This document shows, in pieces, positions 25,357 through 39,095 of a DNA stretch of 64,000 bases; the stretch's first letter is position 1; each line of letters begins with the position of its first letter. Origin of the DNA: Eledone cirrhosa. Its lineage: Eukaryota. Where the stretch lies: NCBI GenBank assembly GCA_964016885.1, contig OZ024741.1, positions 94,240,001-94,304,000 of the forward strand, given 5' to 3'. The notes beneath the pieces are model-generated. The model was not told the DNA's origin and ran no database searches. It saw nothing but the letters and a program-made list of their open reading frames with translations. A program made the position numbers and the translations under genes.

Positions 25357-28300
25357 CTACAGGCTGATATAGAGAGAAGGCCCATTCACTCGGGCCATTC
25401 TCGCCACTTTCACCCACCTTTCATAAAACTTCCTGGGGTAGAGCACTTCTTTCTCCATTCTGATCCTTCTTCTAAAATGGTAGTTGAAAAAAAGGACCAG
25501 TTGTTGGCCGGAGAGAAAAGTGTCTGACCTCAGCCCTTTCAACCTCGTCCACCATACAACCTCTTTCGCCATAGCTATCACACAGAGGAAAACCGCCTCT
25601 CCTTCGTTTTTGAAGGGGGAGGCGGTTTGATCGTGACAATGTACTCGGTGGTCAACCGCATTGGTCCCACCCGCGACAGTAGTCGTTCCACATGGCCCCA
25701 CAGGTCAGCAACGCCCGGGCAGTGTACGAATGCATGCGCGACGGTTTCCTCGTCACGCACGCATCTCGGACAGATCTTCTTCGAGGGGTCCCTACCCGGG
25801 CGCCCATGTCTGTAGAGCTTGTCCCGAACGGGTAGAGCTCCTCGGTAGCACTGCCAAGCCAGGGACTTTTGGAAGTTGTCCATCGGTCCCGGGCCAAAAG
25901 TCCTACCGAACAGACTGGCTAGCTCGTCTTCCTCCATGCCCAGAGCCTCTCCGAGAGTGTCGTCGCATTGCTGCGCACCAACGCTCTATAGAATGTTGAG
26001 GTTGAGTCTCCACTGATTGCCGGATCCACTTGCCAGAGGGTCGTGAGCGCCTGGACACATTCAATGTGCCAGTCGCCCACTTTTCTCGGTCTTTGCTTGA
26101 CCCAGGATTGCAGCTTGGTGAGTGAGACGAGTCTCGGAAAGGCTCGTCTCACAAAAGGGGCCCACATCGGCTGACCGGTGAGGAATACCTGGAGGTGCTG
26201 TAGCCTTAATGCGTGTCTACGCATCGTCAGTCACAGCATCCCCAGCCCTCCGTTCTTAGAGTGTTGACAGCAGATGGATCTTCTCACCAAAGGGGCCCGC
26301 TTCTTCCAAAGGAATCGGAAGAGCGCGAGCTCCATTTTGGCGAGCCTTTTCTCTGGGCAAGGCACGACGGTCAAGCGGTAGTAGATGACGGAGGCTATAT
26401 AAGTGTTCGCCACCTCCGCTCGACCTTTCAGGGATAGTTTGCACTCGGCCCACTTCTGGTCGAGTGCAAACACCCTGCCCGTTACCTCGTCCCAGTTTTT
26501 CTCCACCTGGAGGTCCGGTCCGAAGCAGACCCCGAGCAGTTTCACCGGTCCCTCCATCCAGCGTCCGACGACGCCGTCGGAGGGCATCGGTTTGCCTCTC
26601 CACGTTCCGAGTTGCACACCGACGGACTTATCACGGTTCAACTTGGTTCCTGTAAAACTTTCGTATTCCTCCAGTAAGGTGCCGATCTGCCCGATTTCCG
26701 AGGCGCACGCCACCATTACTATCACGTCATCGGCGTAGGCCGACACCGCTTTCCGCAATCCCGGTTCCAAGGGGATTCCCTGCAACAGCTCCAACTTCCG
26801 CAGTAATGGCTAGAGAGCCAGCACATGCAGAAGGGAGGAGAGAGGGCATCCCTGTCGGATGGATCGCGCGATTTGGAACGGCTCCGAGAGATAGCCGTTC
26901 ACCTTGACCCTCGAGCAGGTGTTGCTGCTGTGCATTGCAGCAATCCAGCCCCTGAAAACGGGTCCGAAGCCTGCCGCCGCGAGCACCGCATCCAGGTACC
27001 GATGGTCAACCCTATCGAACGCCTTAGATTGATCCAAGTTTATCAGGGCCCCACCAAAGCCTGGTTCGTTCCCTAACCTCTCTACGTTGTATCGCATGGG
27101 GTGGAGGTTGTCGTGTATGGACCTGGACGGGATTGCGCATTCCTGCGCTTCTCCCACCAGGTTCCCGACGACAAGCGCCAACCTCTTCGCTAACACCTTG
27201 GCCAAAATCTTTAACTCTGTGTTTAGTAGAGTTATGGGCCTGAAGTTATCTATGTCATCCCTCTTGTTATCGTCCTTCCTCACCAGCGTGACTACGCCAT
27301 TGGTCACAGAACTGGGAATTCTCCCGTTCTGTTGCCAGTTGCAGTAGACCGCCTCGAGGAGATCGGAGAACAAGTCCGGCATCGCTACATAAAGTTCGTA
27401 TGGTAGACCATCGAGACCGGGAGATTTGCGTTTGCCGTATTGGCTCAGTGATTCCCCTATTTCAGCGGCTGAAATCGGCCTTTCGTAGGACTTCGCCTCC
27501 CCGTCCGAGAGCCGCGGCAGACCGTCAAGGTATAGACCGAAATCCATGGCCCCCACCTGTTCCGCCTCTCCGGAACAGTCGTGCAAAGCGCCGTTGAAAG
27601 GCCGCGCACATCCGCTCAGGTTCAAGGATCACGCGTCCATCCTGGTCCTTCAAAGACCGAATCGTGGACTTGTTTCCACTTTTTGGCTCTGTCACTCGGG
27701 CCCAGCTAACAGCTTTGGCTCCCACGTTACCCAGAGCACGTATTTTACTCCTGACAACACAGCCCTCGTGCTTCGCGTCAAAGAACTGGTCTAGGGCCGT
27801 TCTTGACGCCAGCACGCCGGCCACGTTGCCCCTCCTAATCGCCTCTTCTACTCTATCTATCAATTCCCTTTCAGTTCTATTCCTATCTGATGCTAATTCC
27901 TGACTAAAACCTATCGATTCTATTCTAATTTCTCTCTTGGGAGAGCCCCATCACCTGCTGTTGACAATTTCCCCCGTCAACCGCTGCTTAAGAGTGCTAA
28001 TCCGCTTACTGTAAGCTTTGTTTGTCGGTAAGGAGAAGTTTAGCTTCTCTATGGGTTCTATCAAGGTTGACTCCGGTCACCAACTTGTGATCCGAATAGT
28101 CAGCCATGAATATTCGTGGACAGCTTAATATATCCCTATCCTTATTTCTAACTAGGAACCTATCTAGGTACGACCTAGATGTTCCGCAAAAATTAGTCCA
28201 CGTCCACAGTGGCACAGTCGGAAAATCTAGTCGATATCTATCGGCCAGATCAAATCGGCCGATTAACCGTTTGAGGCTGTTACACCCCCCTCTATCGGGA

Positions 28301-28767
28301 CATACCCCTACATTGTCCCAACGTGCATCCAGGATACCATTCCAGTCCCCCACTAAAAGCAAGGAGCGAGACGTTCCCAGAAAAGTCTCGAGGCGTTGGA
28401 AGAAGTCCGGTCACGGTGTCCCAGATGAGGCATACGCTGCCATAAGCCTGAAGGCTCCACCTTCACTACTTCCTACGTCTAGAACCACCAGTCGACCCTC
28501 TGGGTCCAGGTGTACCTTCCGTGTTGCGAGGTCCATGTGTTTTCGCAACAGAACGACCACCCTGCACCCACCCGCCGGCTGACAGAGAGATGCATAGATC
28601 TCAAAGTCGTCGAAGATGGGGGCCAGTTGGTGCTCGCTGCTGATCCTGGAATCGCAAATAGCTATCACATCCATTCTGTGCGACCTGAGGTCATTTAAGA
28701 GTTTGCCCTGCTTCCAGGACATCCCCAGGCCGCGCACATTTAAACATTCAACTCTTATAACAGCCAT
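25357..28767 (-). pseudogene. Tx1 ORF2: AP endonuclease, RT and C-terminal zinc finger, frameshifted
   Basis: CLNVRGL, VGDWN, SYLDRFLV, YSDHK, KSPGLDGLP, FRPITLLN, LDQSKAFDRV, RQGCPLS, AYADDV, CPRC...ETVAHAFVHC. Confidence 0.95.
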
Positions 28768-28927
28768 GTTGGTGGTGAAGAGTTTAGAGTGGAGAAAAAG
28801 GAAAAGACACCTAGCTGTCCTTCTCCTGGGGACCAGGCTGCACAATTTCCATGGGGGTGTCGGCGGGGTTGTTTGGTGGAGTGGTGGTTTGGGATGTGGT
28901 GGGGACATCAGTGTGTGGTGGGGTTGG

Positions 28928-30626
28928 TTAGGGAGGGGTGTCTGGGGTGGTGGTGGGGAAACATTTTAAGAGGACGCAGTTGCTAGGTCTAGTACAGGGG
29001 TTCCCCACGTCCTCGGGAAAGTTCTGTTTGAGCATTGCGTAGGTGTCCCTTGGGACCCTAATCATTTTTAAATGCGGTTTAGTTGCCGCGTTGGTGAACA
29101 TTTTCCCTTCGGTTTCCACCGAAGGGTCTTTGTCTATTGTTTGCACAGGTGTTTTGTTGTTTGTGTTGATGTATGTATACTGTTTTTGTTATGTTGTGTT
29201 TGTTTTTGTTTGTTGTTCTTGTGTGTGTTTGCGTTTTGTAGTATGTGTTATGTTTTCGGGAGGGGTGGGTTTTTTTGTTTGTGATGTTTGTGCTGGTGGT
29301 TGTGTGTTTGTTGCATTTTTGTTAATGTGGAGACTTCTTTTCTTTCTTTTTACAGGTTGAAAGGGTTCTCCCTCGTCGTCACTGGGTGACGTTGATAAGG
29401 GGTCCTCGTCCATGTTGTTGGGGAGGAGTATATTTTGGGTTTTGTTGTGGTTGCTTTTGTATTTGTTTTAGGTGGGGAGGGGTTTGGTGGGACAGTGATT
29501 GTGTTGTTATTTTTTCGTGTTGTTGTTGTGGTGGTGGTTGTGTCGTTGTGTGTGGGGTGGGAAGAAGCGTCTTTTTGGGGGAGGAGGGGGGCATTTAAAA
29601 GGGGACTGGAAGCCCTCAGGTGACCACTTCTTGAACAGTGGTAGCATGAAGGCCGCCTGCCCTCAACAGAAATGTTTATGAAGGCGACTCCATCCAGGGA
29701 CACACGCTGCGGTATTCTTGCTATCCGTTCTGGTCTCATTTGGACCAGAACTTCAAGGCTATTGCCACCGAATACGCCGCCGGTGGATTCGCCTATCGAA
29801 AGGATTTTGTCCACATCTTCTAAGAATCCCGTTAGCACCCACCAAATGCTCACATTTGGCTTGATGCCCGAGATTCATATCTTTTGAGTTCTTTTCCCCA
29901 AATATGTGGGGAAAAAGGTGTATGCTTTGGATACAATTGGCGACACAGAATATTTCCGTGCCGCCAATTCATCTTGCATTAAAACAGATATGCTTCCATA
30001 CAGTTTCCCTTTCTGTATGAAAGCGATATCCTTCCAGGCACTACTTAGGACCAGCTCAATTTCGCTTTGGGACAATTGAGCCGGTTTCCTAGTCGTGTTC
30101 GAAACTGTCCTAAAGATTAGAGTCCTGAAGACTGTGTCCCTTCTAATTTCTTCAGGGGAGGTAATTGTGAATTCCCCACCTTCCCCGAAATTTACACAAT
30201 TCCTTGCTTCTTTCAGCAATTTCTTGGCATTCGAGATGTCCAGTGCCTTGTATGTCTACGTTTCTCTGACTGCCGGGGCGAAGGAGACTGCAGCTGTGGG
30301 TCCGTTTTCTTTCGTGTTGTTATCATTATTGTTGTTGTTATTCGTGTTGGCTTACTTTTTCCTTTGTTGGTGTTGTCATTATTGCTGTTGTTAGTTTTGT
30401 TGTTATTGTCATTGTTGCTGTTGTTGGTTGTGTTGTTATTGTCATTGTTGTTCTTGTTTGTGTAATTGTTACTTTTGGGGTTTTCACCCATTTCCCCAAT
30501 TTTTTCTTTTGATTCCGTTGTGTCTTTTGCGGGAGCCAGGAGGGAAGGCTTACAGCGTTGTGCTGCTACCTTCTCTCTATCACTTTCCTTGGGGGGCGTG
30601 GCATGCGTCGTATTAATGGTGTCCAT
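28928..30626 (-). pseudogene. Tx1 ORF1 (gag-like, degenerate CCHC knuckle), frameshifted
   Basis: GRRPSCYHCSRSGHLRASSP; low-complexity N/T/K linkers; lies upstream of ORF2. Confidence 0.8.
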
Positions 30627-30917
30627 TGTCACTAAACAACTTTTTATCGACAACTTATAATTATTAAATTTCGCCCCAAAAAGGGGCGAAATTTATTTTA
30701 CCCAACGTCAGCAGGCCCAGGCGAGGGGTTAAACACAACAAATAACAAATTACTTAAACAGACCTACTGCTTCTCGTAATAAATTCCGACAAAATGCAGG
30801 AGCGAAACAAAAACACGTCTATCTTCTTCGAGATAGATAGATAGGTAGACAGATATAGATATAAGGTTGATATAATGTAGATATCTTAATAAAGCTACAG
30901 TTATTGTGAAAATAATG

Positions 30918-31128
30918 AATTCTACTATAGGCACAAGGCCAACAATTTGGGGAGAGGGGAAAGTCGATTAAATCGACCCCAGTGCATTACTGGTGCTTTA
31001 TTTTATCAACCCCGTAAGAATGAAAGGCAGAGCTAACCTCGGCGATATTTGAACTCAGAATGTAAAGGGCCGTAACTTTATGCCACAAAGCATGTTGTCC
31101 GATGCTCTACCGATTCTGCCAATTCACC
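30918..31128 (-). mobile_element. Nin/Deu SINE
   Basis: Same head, core and tail as 5681-5860. Confidence 0.85.
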
Positions 31129-31193
31129 AAACACACTCAACAATGCCTCTGTACACAGAAAAGCAAGAGAGTACATTAACATCCACACACACA

Positions 31194-31266
<73 letters not shown>

Positions 31267-31267
<1 letters not shown>

Positions 31268-31724
31268 TAGCCGAATTACCCGCGCCTTGCTGCGTTTCAC
31301 ACGTTTTTAATCAGTGATATAATTTATGGAGAAAAACTCTGCATTTCAATATTTTTTGTAATATATCAAATCAAAATTACATTATTAAATCTTATTCTTA
31401 TTTTGTTTATTGTAAATCATTTTTCAAAATATCAATTCAAAACTTTTGTGAATAAGCATCATATCTTGTCATTTACCTATGGTTTAAATTTCATATAAAT
31501 CGAAGGGAAAAGATTTTCAGCGGGGGTTTGAGCCCCCGGAGAACCCTTTGATTAAAATGAAATATACTTAAGAAATCAAATGGGCATGAGCCCCACACAC
31601 GCGTCAAGTTTCTTCAAGATCGGCTTGGTAGTTTTTTACTTTTAGGTTCACAAACAAATCCACACACACACAAACAGACAGAAATTGCCATTTATGTGTG
31701 TATATATATATATATATATATAGA
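31267..31724 (-). mobile_element. Non-autonomous Helitron
   Basis: Minus strand starts TCTATATAT and ends GCGGGTAATTCGGCTAG, between A and T. Confidence 0.7.
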
Positions 31725-31906
31725 TCAGAGCAAACATTATGGACGCTCTATCTCAAAATTATTTTTGAAAAGCATTTAGAAATGCGCAACCGGTAAAACT
31801 TAAAACCAAAACTGAATACTAACCAATACAATTACTAATTCTCATTTATTCCTAATTAAACTATTTTTCACTGTGAACAATTTGTCAGCATTTTCTATTC
31901 CGTTTA

Positions 31907-31977
<71 letters not shown>

Positions 31978-32018
31978 ATGATATTAATAAATGGAAACTA
32001 TATTTATAAAACCATATT

Positions 32019-32079
32019 TATTCTATTATATATATTTCAAGGGTACTAAAACATTGGTACGCTCTCATCAGATAAAATA
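32019..32079 (-). ncRNA. Type I hammerhead ribozyme in a 5'-inverted PLE end (about 31975-32280)
   Basis: TATTTTAT-CTGATGA-GAGCGTAC...GTACCCTT-GAAA-TATATA-TA-ATAGAATA. Confidence 0.82.
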
Positions 32080-32451
32080 CAAAGTTTGTTTTATAAATAT
32101 TGAGATATCCATGAAGTTTTTCCTGGATAGGAATATGGTTTTATTAATAGTATACAAGTTTTTCCTGGATAGAATATGGTTTTATTAATATTATACTCCA
32201 GGAAACTGTCGAGTGCTTCGAATCAGTTATAAATATATATATTTGTTGGATTACCAACAAATTAAATATCCATTTTGCTTATATATATATACATACATAT
32301 GTAGGAGGTGAGTTTTGTTGTAGCACAATAAAGCAATGCAAATATCGGATAAGTAGCACTCAACAGAAAATAAGACTGGAGTAAAAATGTATATGTTGAT
32401 TTAACACTTCACTGCTCGCAAGTGTTTTTTAAGCTTCATATCATGTCTCCC

Positions 32452-32522
32452 TATTTTATCTGATGAGAACGCAAATATCATCCCATGATGATATTTGTTT
32501 TTGAAATGCGCATAATAAAATA
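32452..32522 (+). ncRNA. Type I hammerhead ribozyme
   Basis: 8-bp helix I TATTTTAT/ATAAAATA, CTGATGA, helix II of about 16 bp, GAAA, palindromic TGCGCA, AUA cleavage triplet. Confidence 0.9.
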
Positions 32523-32560
32523 CGTGGAACTCTTTTAACCATCTTTTGATTTTATATTAT

Positions 32561-32663
<103 letters not shown>

Positions 32664-32794
32664 GGAGGAGAAAGCAAGGCATTTAAAAACAAAATTTAAT
32701 TCTAACATGGTGTTTCGTCTTCAAGTACATTTACAATACAGGAGGTAGGCATATATGTGTGCATATATTCCACAGGTAGCCATATATGTGTATA

Positions 32795-33291
32795 TCTATA
32801 TATATAAAACTGAGGATGTCTGTCTGTGTGTGTGTGAGTTTGAATCCCTAAAACTAGAGAACCACCCAACCGAATGTTTTCAAATTTTACACATATAATT
32901 CCTATGTTTTAGCGAGTGTTCTGAGCAAAAAGTATTTCAAATTTTCAATGCCCTAGGGACCGCATTGGGTGATTTAGCGATCTCTCTCTATAATTCTTAG
33001 TCTTTCTCTTTTTAGATAGATACATACATATAACGTCGCGCCCTTATAATATCTGTCTGTATGCCTTGCTGTCTGCTGCCTCCGGTTATTCTGCCACCCT
33101 TGCTCAAGACAAATCTCACACTCATTCCCCAAACAGTTGGTAAGTGCACACAACTTCTTCCTCGCGTCTTACTTACTACCACCAGACCCTTACTTCTTTG
33201 CCAGCCGTAGTTGTGGCAATACTAAGCTTAGCTAAGGCGGTTATATATTTCACAATATCTTATCCCGTGCAACGCCGGGTACCACTGCTAG
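32795..33291 (+). mobile_element. Non-autonomous Helitron
   Basis: A|TCTATATATATAAAAC...CCCGtgcaacgcCGGG hairpin...CTAG|T. Confidence 0.82.
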
Positions 33292-33924
33292 TATATATAT
33301 AAACTAACATCATAATCAACTAAAGAGTTCTATATTGTACACCACATTCTCGGTCATGTCTCATTACTATATTAAACACACTCGCAGGAAATAAAGTATG
33401 TATCTAAACATGAGTTTAATCAACAGAGGAAACCATTCTTATATGTAGATACGGATTCCTCACTTTGTAATGAGTAGAAGATAGAAATGATTGTCTTTAT
33501 GACACGATATTTAATGCATTTCACATTTCGATTCATCGCTCATCGTTAACATCGATGTGTGTTAGTATATATATTAAAGTTGTATTATACCGTGAAATTA
33601 TACGTAACATCAAAATATTAACACTTTACTGAATTGAACATTAAATTATGAGTACAATAATGATGTGGAAATCATTTATTTTTTGTAGCTAAAAAGTAAT
33701 GAAAATAGATTTTTTATAACATTATCTGCATATCAATCCTTTCAACAGTATCAACCCTCTTTCGTCTCAAAGGAAATTGTGTAAAAAAAAAATGTTTCAA
33801 GCTTGATTTCACAACGATATTCTTAACTCCTACATATTTCAGCTGGTACAAATGTGTTAGACTGCATCAAAAATAGATATCCCACCATGGAAGTGGAGTG
33901 GAACACGGCCGGTTTCGACGAGAA

Positions 33925-34225
33925 GTGTTCAGTTGTTCGATCAACGAAACAGCCTCCTCGTGAAATTAACGTGTATATATGGCTAACCTTCCGCAGACAC
34001 TTGTAACTTTAACGTAATTCTCAGTGAGTTTCAGCGTGCCACTCTGTGATAAAGCTGGCCCTTTGAATTATTTGAATTACAAGTACCGTCCATCCGTTTC
34101 TACCCACCCAGTTTCACTCACCTGGCGTGAGTCCACCTGAGGATATGGCAAATGACACTTGCGCAAATTGTCACGCTGTGGGATCAATCCAAGACCTAAT
34201 AATTGCGAAGCAAATCTCTTAACCA
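33925..34225 (-). mobile_element. Diverged tRNA SINE (octopus OR-like)
   Basis: Minus-strand head ATGGTCGAATGGTTAAG...GGATTGATCCC; related fragments at 39185-39312, 47420-47620 and 61185-61260. Confidence 0.6.
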
Positions 34226-36320
34226 TTCGACCATGCTGCGTCCACAACTCACAAGAACCACTAACCCATTTACGCGTAGTTTCCTTTTTCAGTGTTCTCT
34301 ATATCGACTACTTGATTTGGAGAACTCTTGGTGAACTCACCCCACTCACCTTTATCACGCTAATTATGTTTCACTTTATCTCAGCTAACTCCACATCAAA
34401 CACCCCCAACCCTTCCTAATTAAAGTTCAACACATCCCTATTATGCTGTTATTTAGTAACAATTCAGTCCTGATCAAACAAATTTATGTTCAAATGCCTA
34501 ATGTATATTCAGATACTGTACATAAGGCCACATCATCTAATATGTTCTTTTTTATGGAATAGCGGGATTTGAGGAAAATTTTCTTTTTTTTCCGGGAGTC
34601 CCAGAGGTCACTTCGTGGCACTCGCTGGTTTGCACTTATACTTGGCTTTCATAGTCATCAACCTACAGAACATTAAGCTAAACATCAACCTTAATTCCCT
34701 CACCAATTTAAGTGAACGTTTCATCAGATTAAATCATAAAGAAAATCATATCGAATTTATACTATCTTTAAAATACCAACTAACAGGCTTCAAATTAATA
34801 CACAATGAGAGTAAGAAAGAGAATAAACTGTTTTTCATGTCTGTTCTATTAGTAATATATTGGAAGTGATGTAGCCATCACAAAGTATTGTTTCACTATC
34901 TAGAAATTCTTTTTATCTCTACAATGACTACAGTCTCGGCTTAATTCATTTTCTTAATTTTGTTATCTTTTTGTGATTTTTTATTTAATTCTTTATTTAT
35001 TATTTGTATATAGTCTTATAAACATGAAAATATAGTCGAATAAAGCTAAGATATTCAGCCGGGAAGTGATCACATTTTTCCCACGATTTCTTTAACCGTA
35101 CTAGAATCTCTTTCCCCCCTTCTTTTTCTCTCCCTATATATATATAACCTTTCTCTCTTTTTCTCACACTTTCACTCCAACCTCACATCTTTTTTCATTT
35201 CTTTTTTATTTCGATTTCTTTGTTTCCTTTATTTAACATAAAATGCAATTTCTCACCCTTCGAAATATAATTCAATAGGAACCTTACCCCTTCACCATGA
35301 ATTTCACGAAACAAAGTATGTTAGTCTTACTGAATTGTTATGAGTTATTTTGACCTTAGTGCGTCTATGCTTGTATGAGTGCAATGGAGGCCACACAGAC
35401 CGGCCTATGTTACCTCTCTGACTTTTTAATAAATATTTTCACGGGATTCATTATCATGCGCTTTCCTCTTTGTTGTTTCGTCTCCACGATTATAAACTGA
35501 ACACTATATTAGCGGCTAAGTTTCATCCATTTATAGTTGAAGTTCTTAAATGCGATCGCAAATTCTATTATGATAATTGTTTCCCTCACACATCAAACCT
35601 ATGGAATTCTCTTCCGGCTTCTTGCTTTCACGGCCAATAGCTTCAATTTGCAAAACTTCAAAAAAACCTCAGTTGCCACCTTCTTTTTCTTTAAGTTATA
35701 TTCTCTTTGTCTTGTCGTTTTCACTTCTCAGAAATCTCTTGTATTTTAGTGACTCTATTGCCTTGCTTGGATTGAAAACTATTTAAAAAAACCTGTACTG
35801 AGATGAAGTTTTACTGCTGGGGTGGACTTTTAATCGTTAATTTTAACACTTAATCATATACGATAGCCGATAAATAGTAATGTTGTAAAGAAATAACTGG
35901 ATTATAGTTCTCGTCTTCAAATTTACATTTTAAAAAGAACCCATATTTTATATTTGACTATGCACAAACATCCTTTAGTTGAACAATTAAGGTTAGAATA
36001 ATGAATAATGTGATGTCCGAATGTTTCTTAAGTACATTTACAGCTCAATTAAATGTAAACTTGTTTCAGTTAGAAATCAAAACTGTGTTAAGTTATGAAT
36101 CGTCAGACATTTGAATTATTTTATATAGCATTCACTCAAAAATCGTATGATTAAATTCTTAAATAATGACATGGCGTATAATATTTTTGGAGGTTGGGGT
36201 AAACATTTTATTTAAATTTCATACCTGAACCGATCGCAACATATTTGTGGTAACAAAAATATATCCCCCTCCCTCACCACCGCGAGCTAGATCTTCCAAT
36301 TTCTACGTTGAATGCGGTGG

Positions 36321-36371
<51 letters not shown>

Positions 36372-36385
36372 TATATTTAGAGAGA

Positions 36386-37090
36386 GAGAATAGAAATGGC
36401 TGTGTAGTTGCTATTTAAGGTAGCTTAAAATGGAGTGGGAATAAGAAAGCAAGAACAGGGGGGGGGGGGGAGTTTTCCTCATCAGTTGTCTACTGGGGAT
36501 CTCGGATATTAAAGACAACATATCTACCGCCAGCCAAGAGCGTCAATAACTGGATAAGTTATTGGGGAAACGGAGGGGCGAGGGAAGGAAAGCAAAAGGG
36601 AAGAAAAGAGAAAACAGTGAAAAAACAGCGAAACAACAACAAACCGAGCAATGTGCGAGCAACTTATGGTAAGAAATCCCAGACCACACGATGAGAGAAC
36701 TTAAGTTCAAGACTGTGTGGGCGAGCGAAAAGACACACGTTTGACCCCAGCAGTTGTAAGTGAGAAAAGGTCAACTAGGGGGTCAGGTGATGGAAACAAT
36801 GAGGTGGCAGACAGAGAGAGGATGAGTGAAAGTTAGAGGGAGAAAGGGAGAGTAAGAAAGTAGGGTAAGAGTAGATAGTAACGAAATAGTTAGGTAGAAG
36901 AAGAGAGAAGACTGGTAGAGAGGGTGAGTGAAAGTGAGAGGGAGAAAGGGAGAGGAAGAAAGAGGGATGAGAGTAGATAGTAGCGAAATAGGTAGGTAGA
37001 AGGGGAGAAAAGAATGGTCACAGCGAAAACATGTTAAAATATATGGAGAATAGAAATGGCTGTGTAGCTGCTATTTATCAACCAGGTAGA
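36386..37090 (-). repeat. Retroelement UTR-like segment with terminal direct repeats and an internal duplication of about 100 bp
   Basis: GAGAATAGAAATGGCTGTGTAG(T/C)TGCTATTTA at about 36386 and 37046; internal duplication at 36815-37015. Confidence 0.55.
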
Positions 37091-37289
37091 TATGTATACA
37101 TGTCTGCGTGCATGTATGGATGTTACAGGTATGGATGTTAATGAATATGTGGATGTGTATGTTTTGAGTTATATATGTGCATGTGCATATCTTTTGTATC
37201 TGTACATGTGTATATGCAATTATTCGATGCAGAATTTTTGGAATGTTTTACATATTTTTAGTGTTCCGTTAATAGATTGTACTTGTAAT

Positions 37290-38640
37290 TTCCTAACTAG
37301 TCGTGTTCTTTCTGTTTCTGTGAAGCCCAGCTTTGTGTTGAGGCAGTTACTAACATATCCCAGTGACCCAATAATAACATGAAGGTGTAGTCAGAGTAGA
37401 GTATCTGCGGATTTCTCATTAGTTCTGCATAGATATTCTCCTTTTCGTTGATCTTTGATATTATATTGGCATCTGCTGGGTAGCTAACTGCCACTACTGT
37501 GCATGCCTTCTTTTCCCTGTCCCATATCATTATATCTGGTCTATTATGTGTGCATTCTATTGGGGTTTTGACTGGAATATTCGACCAATACTCTTTCATA
37601 TTATGTATATATATATATATGTCTGCCACATTGCTGTAACTTTTAATGTGTTTATTATCGGGGCTACATTTTCTACGGATTGCATTGTACAGTGTTTTGG
37701 CCACTACATCAGCCTCATAGGTAGATAAGTACCGTGATGACATCTTTGGACAGCTGCTTATGAAATGGGTGACATCTTTGATGTTAATTCTGCAGAGTCT
37801 GCATTAGGTGTTTTGCCTGCATTCATATCTCTTTTGTGAATTATGTATTTTCTGTTGATCTCTTGGATTGCAAAAGCATATCCTTTGCTGATAATCATGC
37901 AGTTTTTTATCCATGGATCACTGCGGTATTGCTGGGCAATTTCCCTGGGTGTCAGCTTTTGATTATCATGCAGGGAGTATATTTCAAGGAGTTCCTTCCC
38001 AACTCTCATGATCTTATCTGCTGACAGACTTGTTCATTAGCTGGGCTCCTACGTTTGGAGGTTTGTAAATGTTGTCGGGGGGATATGATGCGACATTCAA
38101 ATGCTGTCTGGACTGATGTTAACCCGCTGCCTCCCTGCTTCAAGTAAAGGCGGTCTATGTCACTGTTGATGTGGAAATTTCCGGAATTGTTTAGGAATTT
38201 TCGAGTTTTAACATCAATTGCTCGGATTTCGTCTATCGTCTACTGGAGTATTCCAAACGTTGGTGTTAGAACAGACACAGCAAACACATTGTGAGCCACT
38301 GTTTTATTGTGCACAGAAAGTTCCGATGACCATATTGTTCTTAATCGGGTGTAATATTCCCTGGTTAAACGTTCCTTATTACATATACCATTATAGGATA
38401 TGTTCTCATCTATCCTTAGGTATCTGTAACAGTCCTCGTCAGATATCGGTGAAACAGTTAGGCCATTGATAAAAATGTTGTTAGACTGGGTTATAGTTTT
38501 TCCCCGCTTTACAATCATATATGAACATTTAATTTGGTCAAACTCCATTCCTAAATCCTTTGACAATGTTGTAACCAGGTAAAGATTTCTCTTCATCCTA
38601 TTTATGTTCTTGGCATAGAGTTTCAGGTCATCCTCAAAGA
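37290..38640 (-). mobile_element. Decayed R4/Dong-like retrotransposon (third family)
   Basis: FFEDDLKLYA, CYRYLRIDE, YYTRLRTIWSSELS, HNRPDIMIWD. Confidence 0.85.
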
Positions 38641-38995
38641 AATTATGTATGTATGTATGTATGTGTGTATGTATGTGTGCGTGTATGTATGTATGTATGA
38701 GAGTATGCGTGTATACATACATATATTTGTTACCTTCCTGTCTTTTTTCCCACATTCACACCCATTACTCCTGCAAATATCTTGATATCTTTGTTTCCTT
38801 TCCTTTCTTATAAAATGCATATTCCTACCCTTCAAAATTAACGAATCTCTCTCTCTCCATATATATATTTCTCTTTTCTTTCTATCTCTTCTCCAAGCCA
38901 ACTCACTTCTAGCCGCTGATTTCTATCCGATGAAGTAAATTTTATCCAACACCGTCATTAAAGTCATTTCGCTGAGTTTTCCCATTTTCCTACGA

Positions 38996-39095
<100 letters not shown>

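Noticed and set aside
36470-36490. CTGATGAG on the minus strand
   Set aside because: No helix II followed by GAAA in the right geometry.
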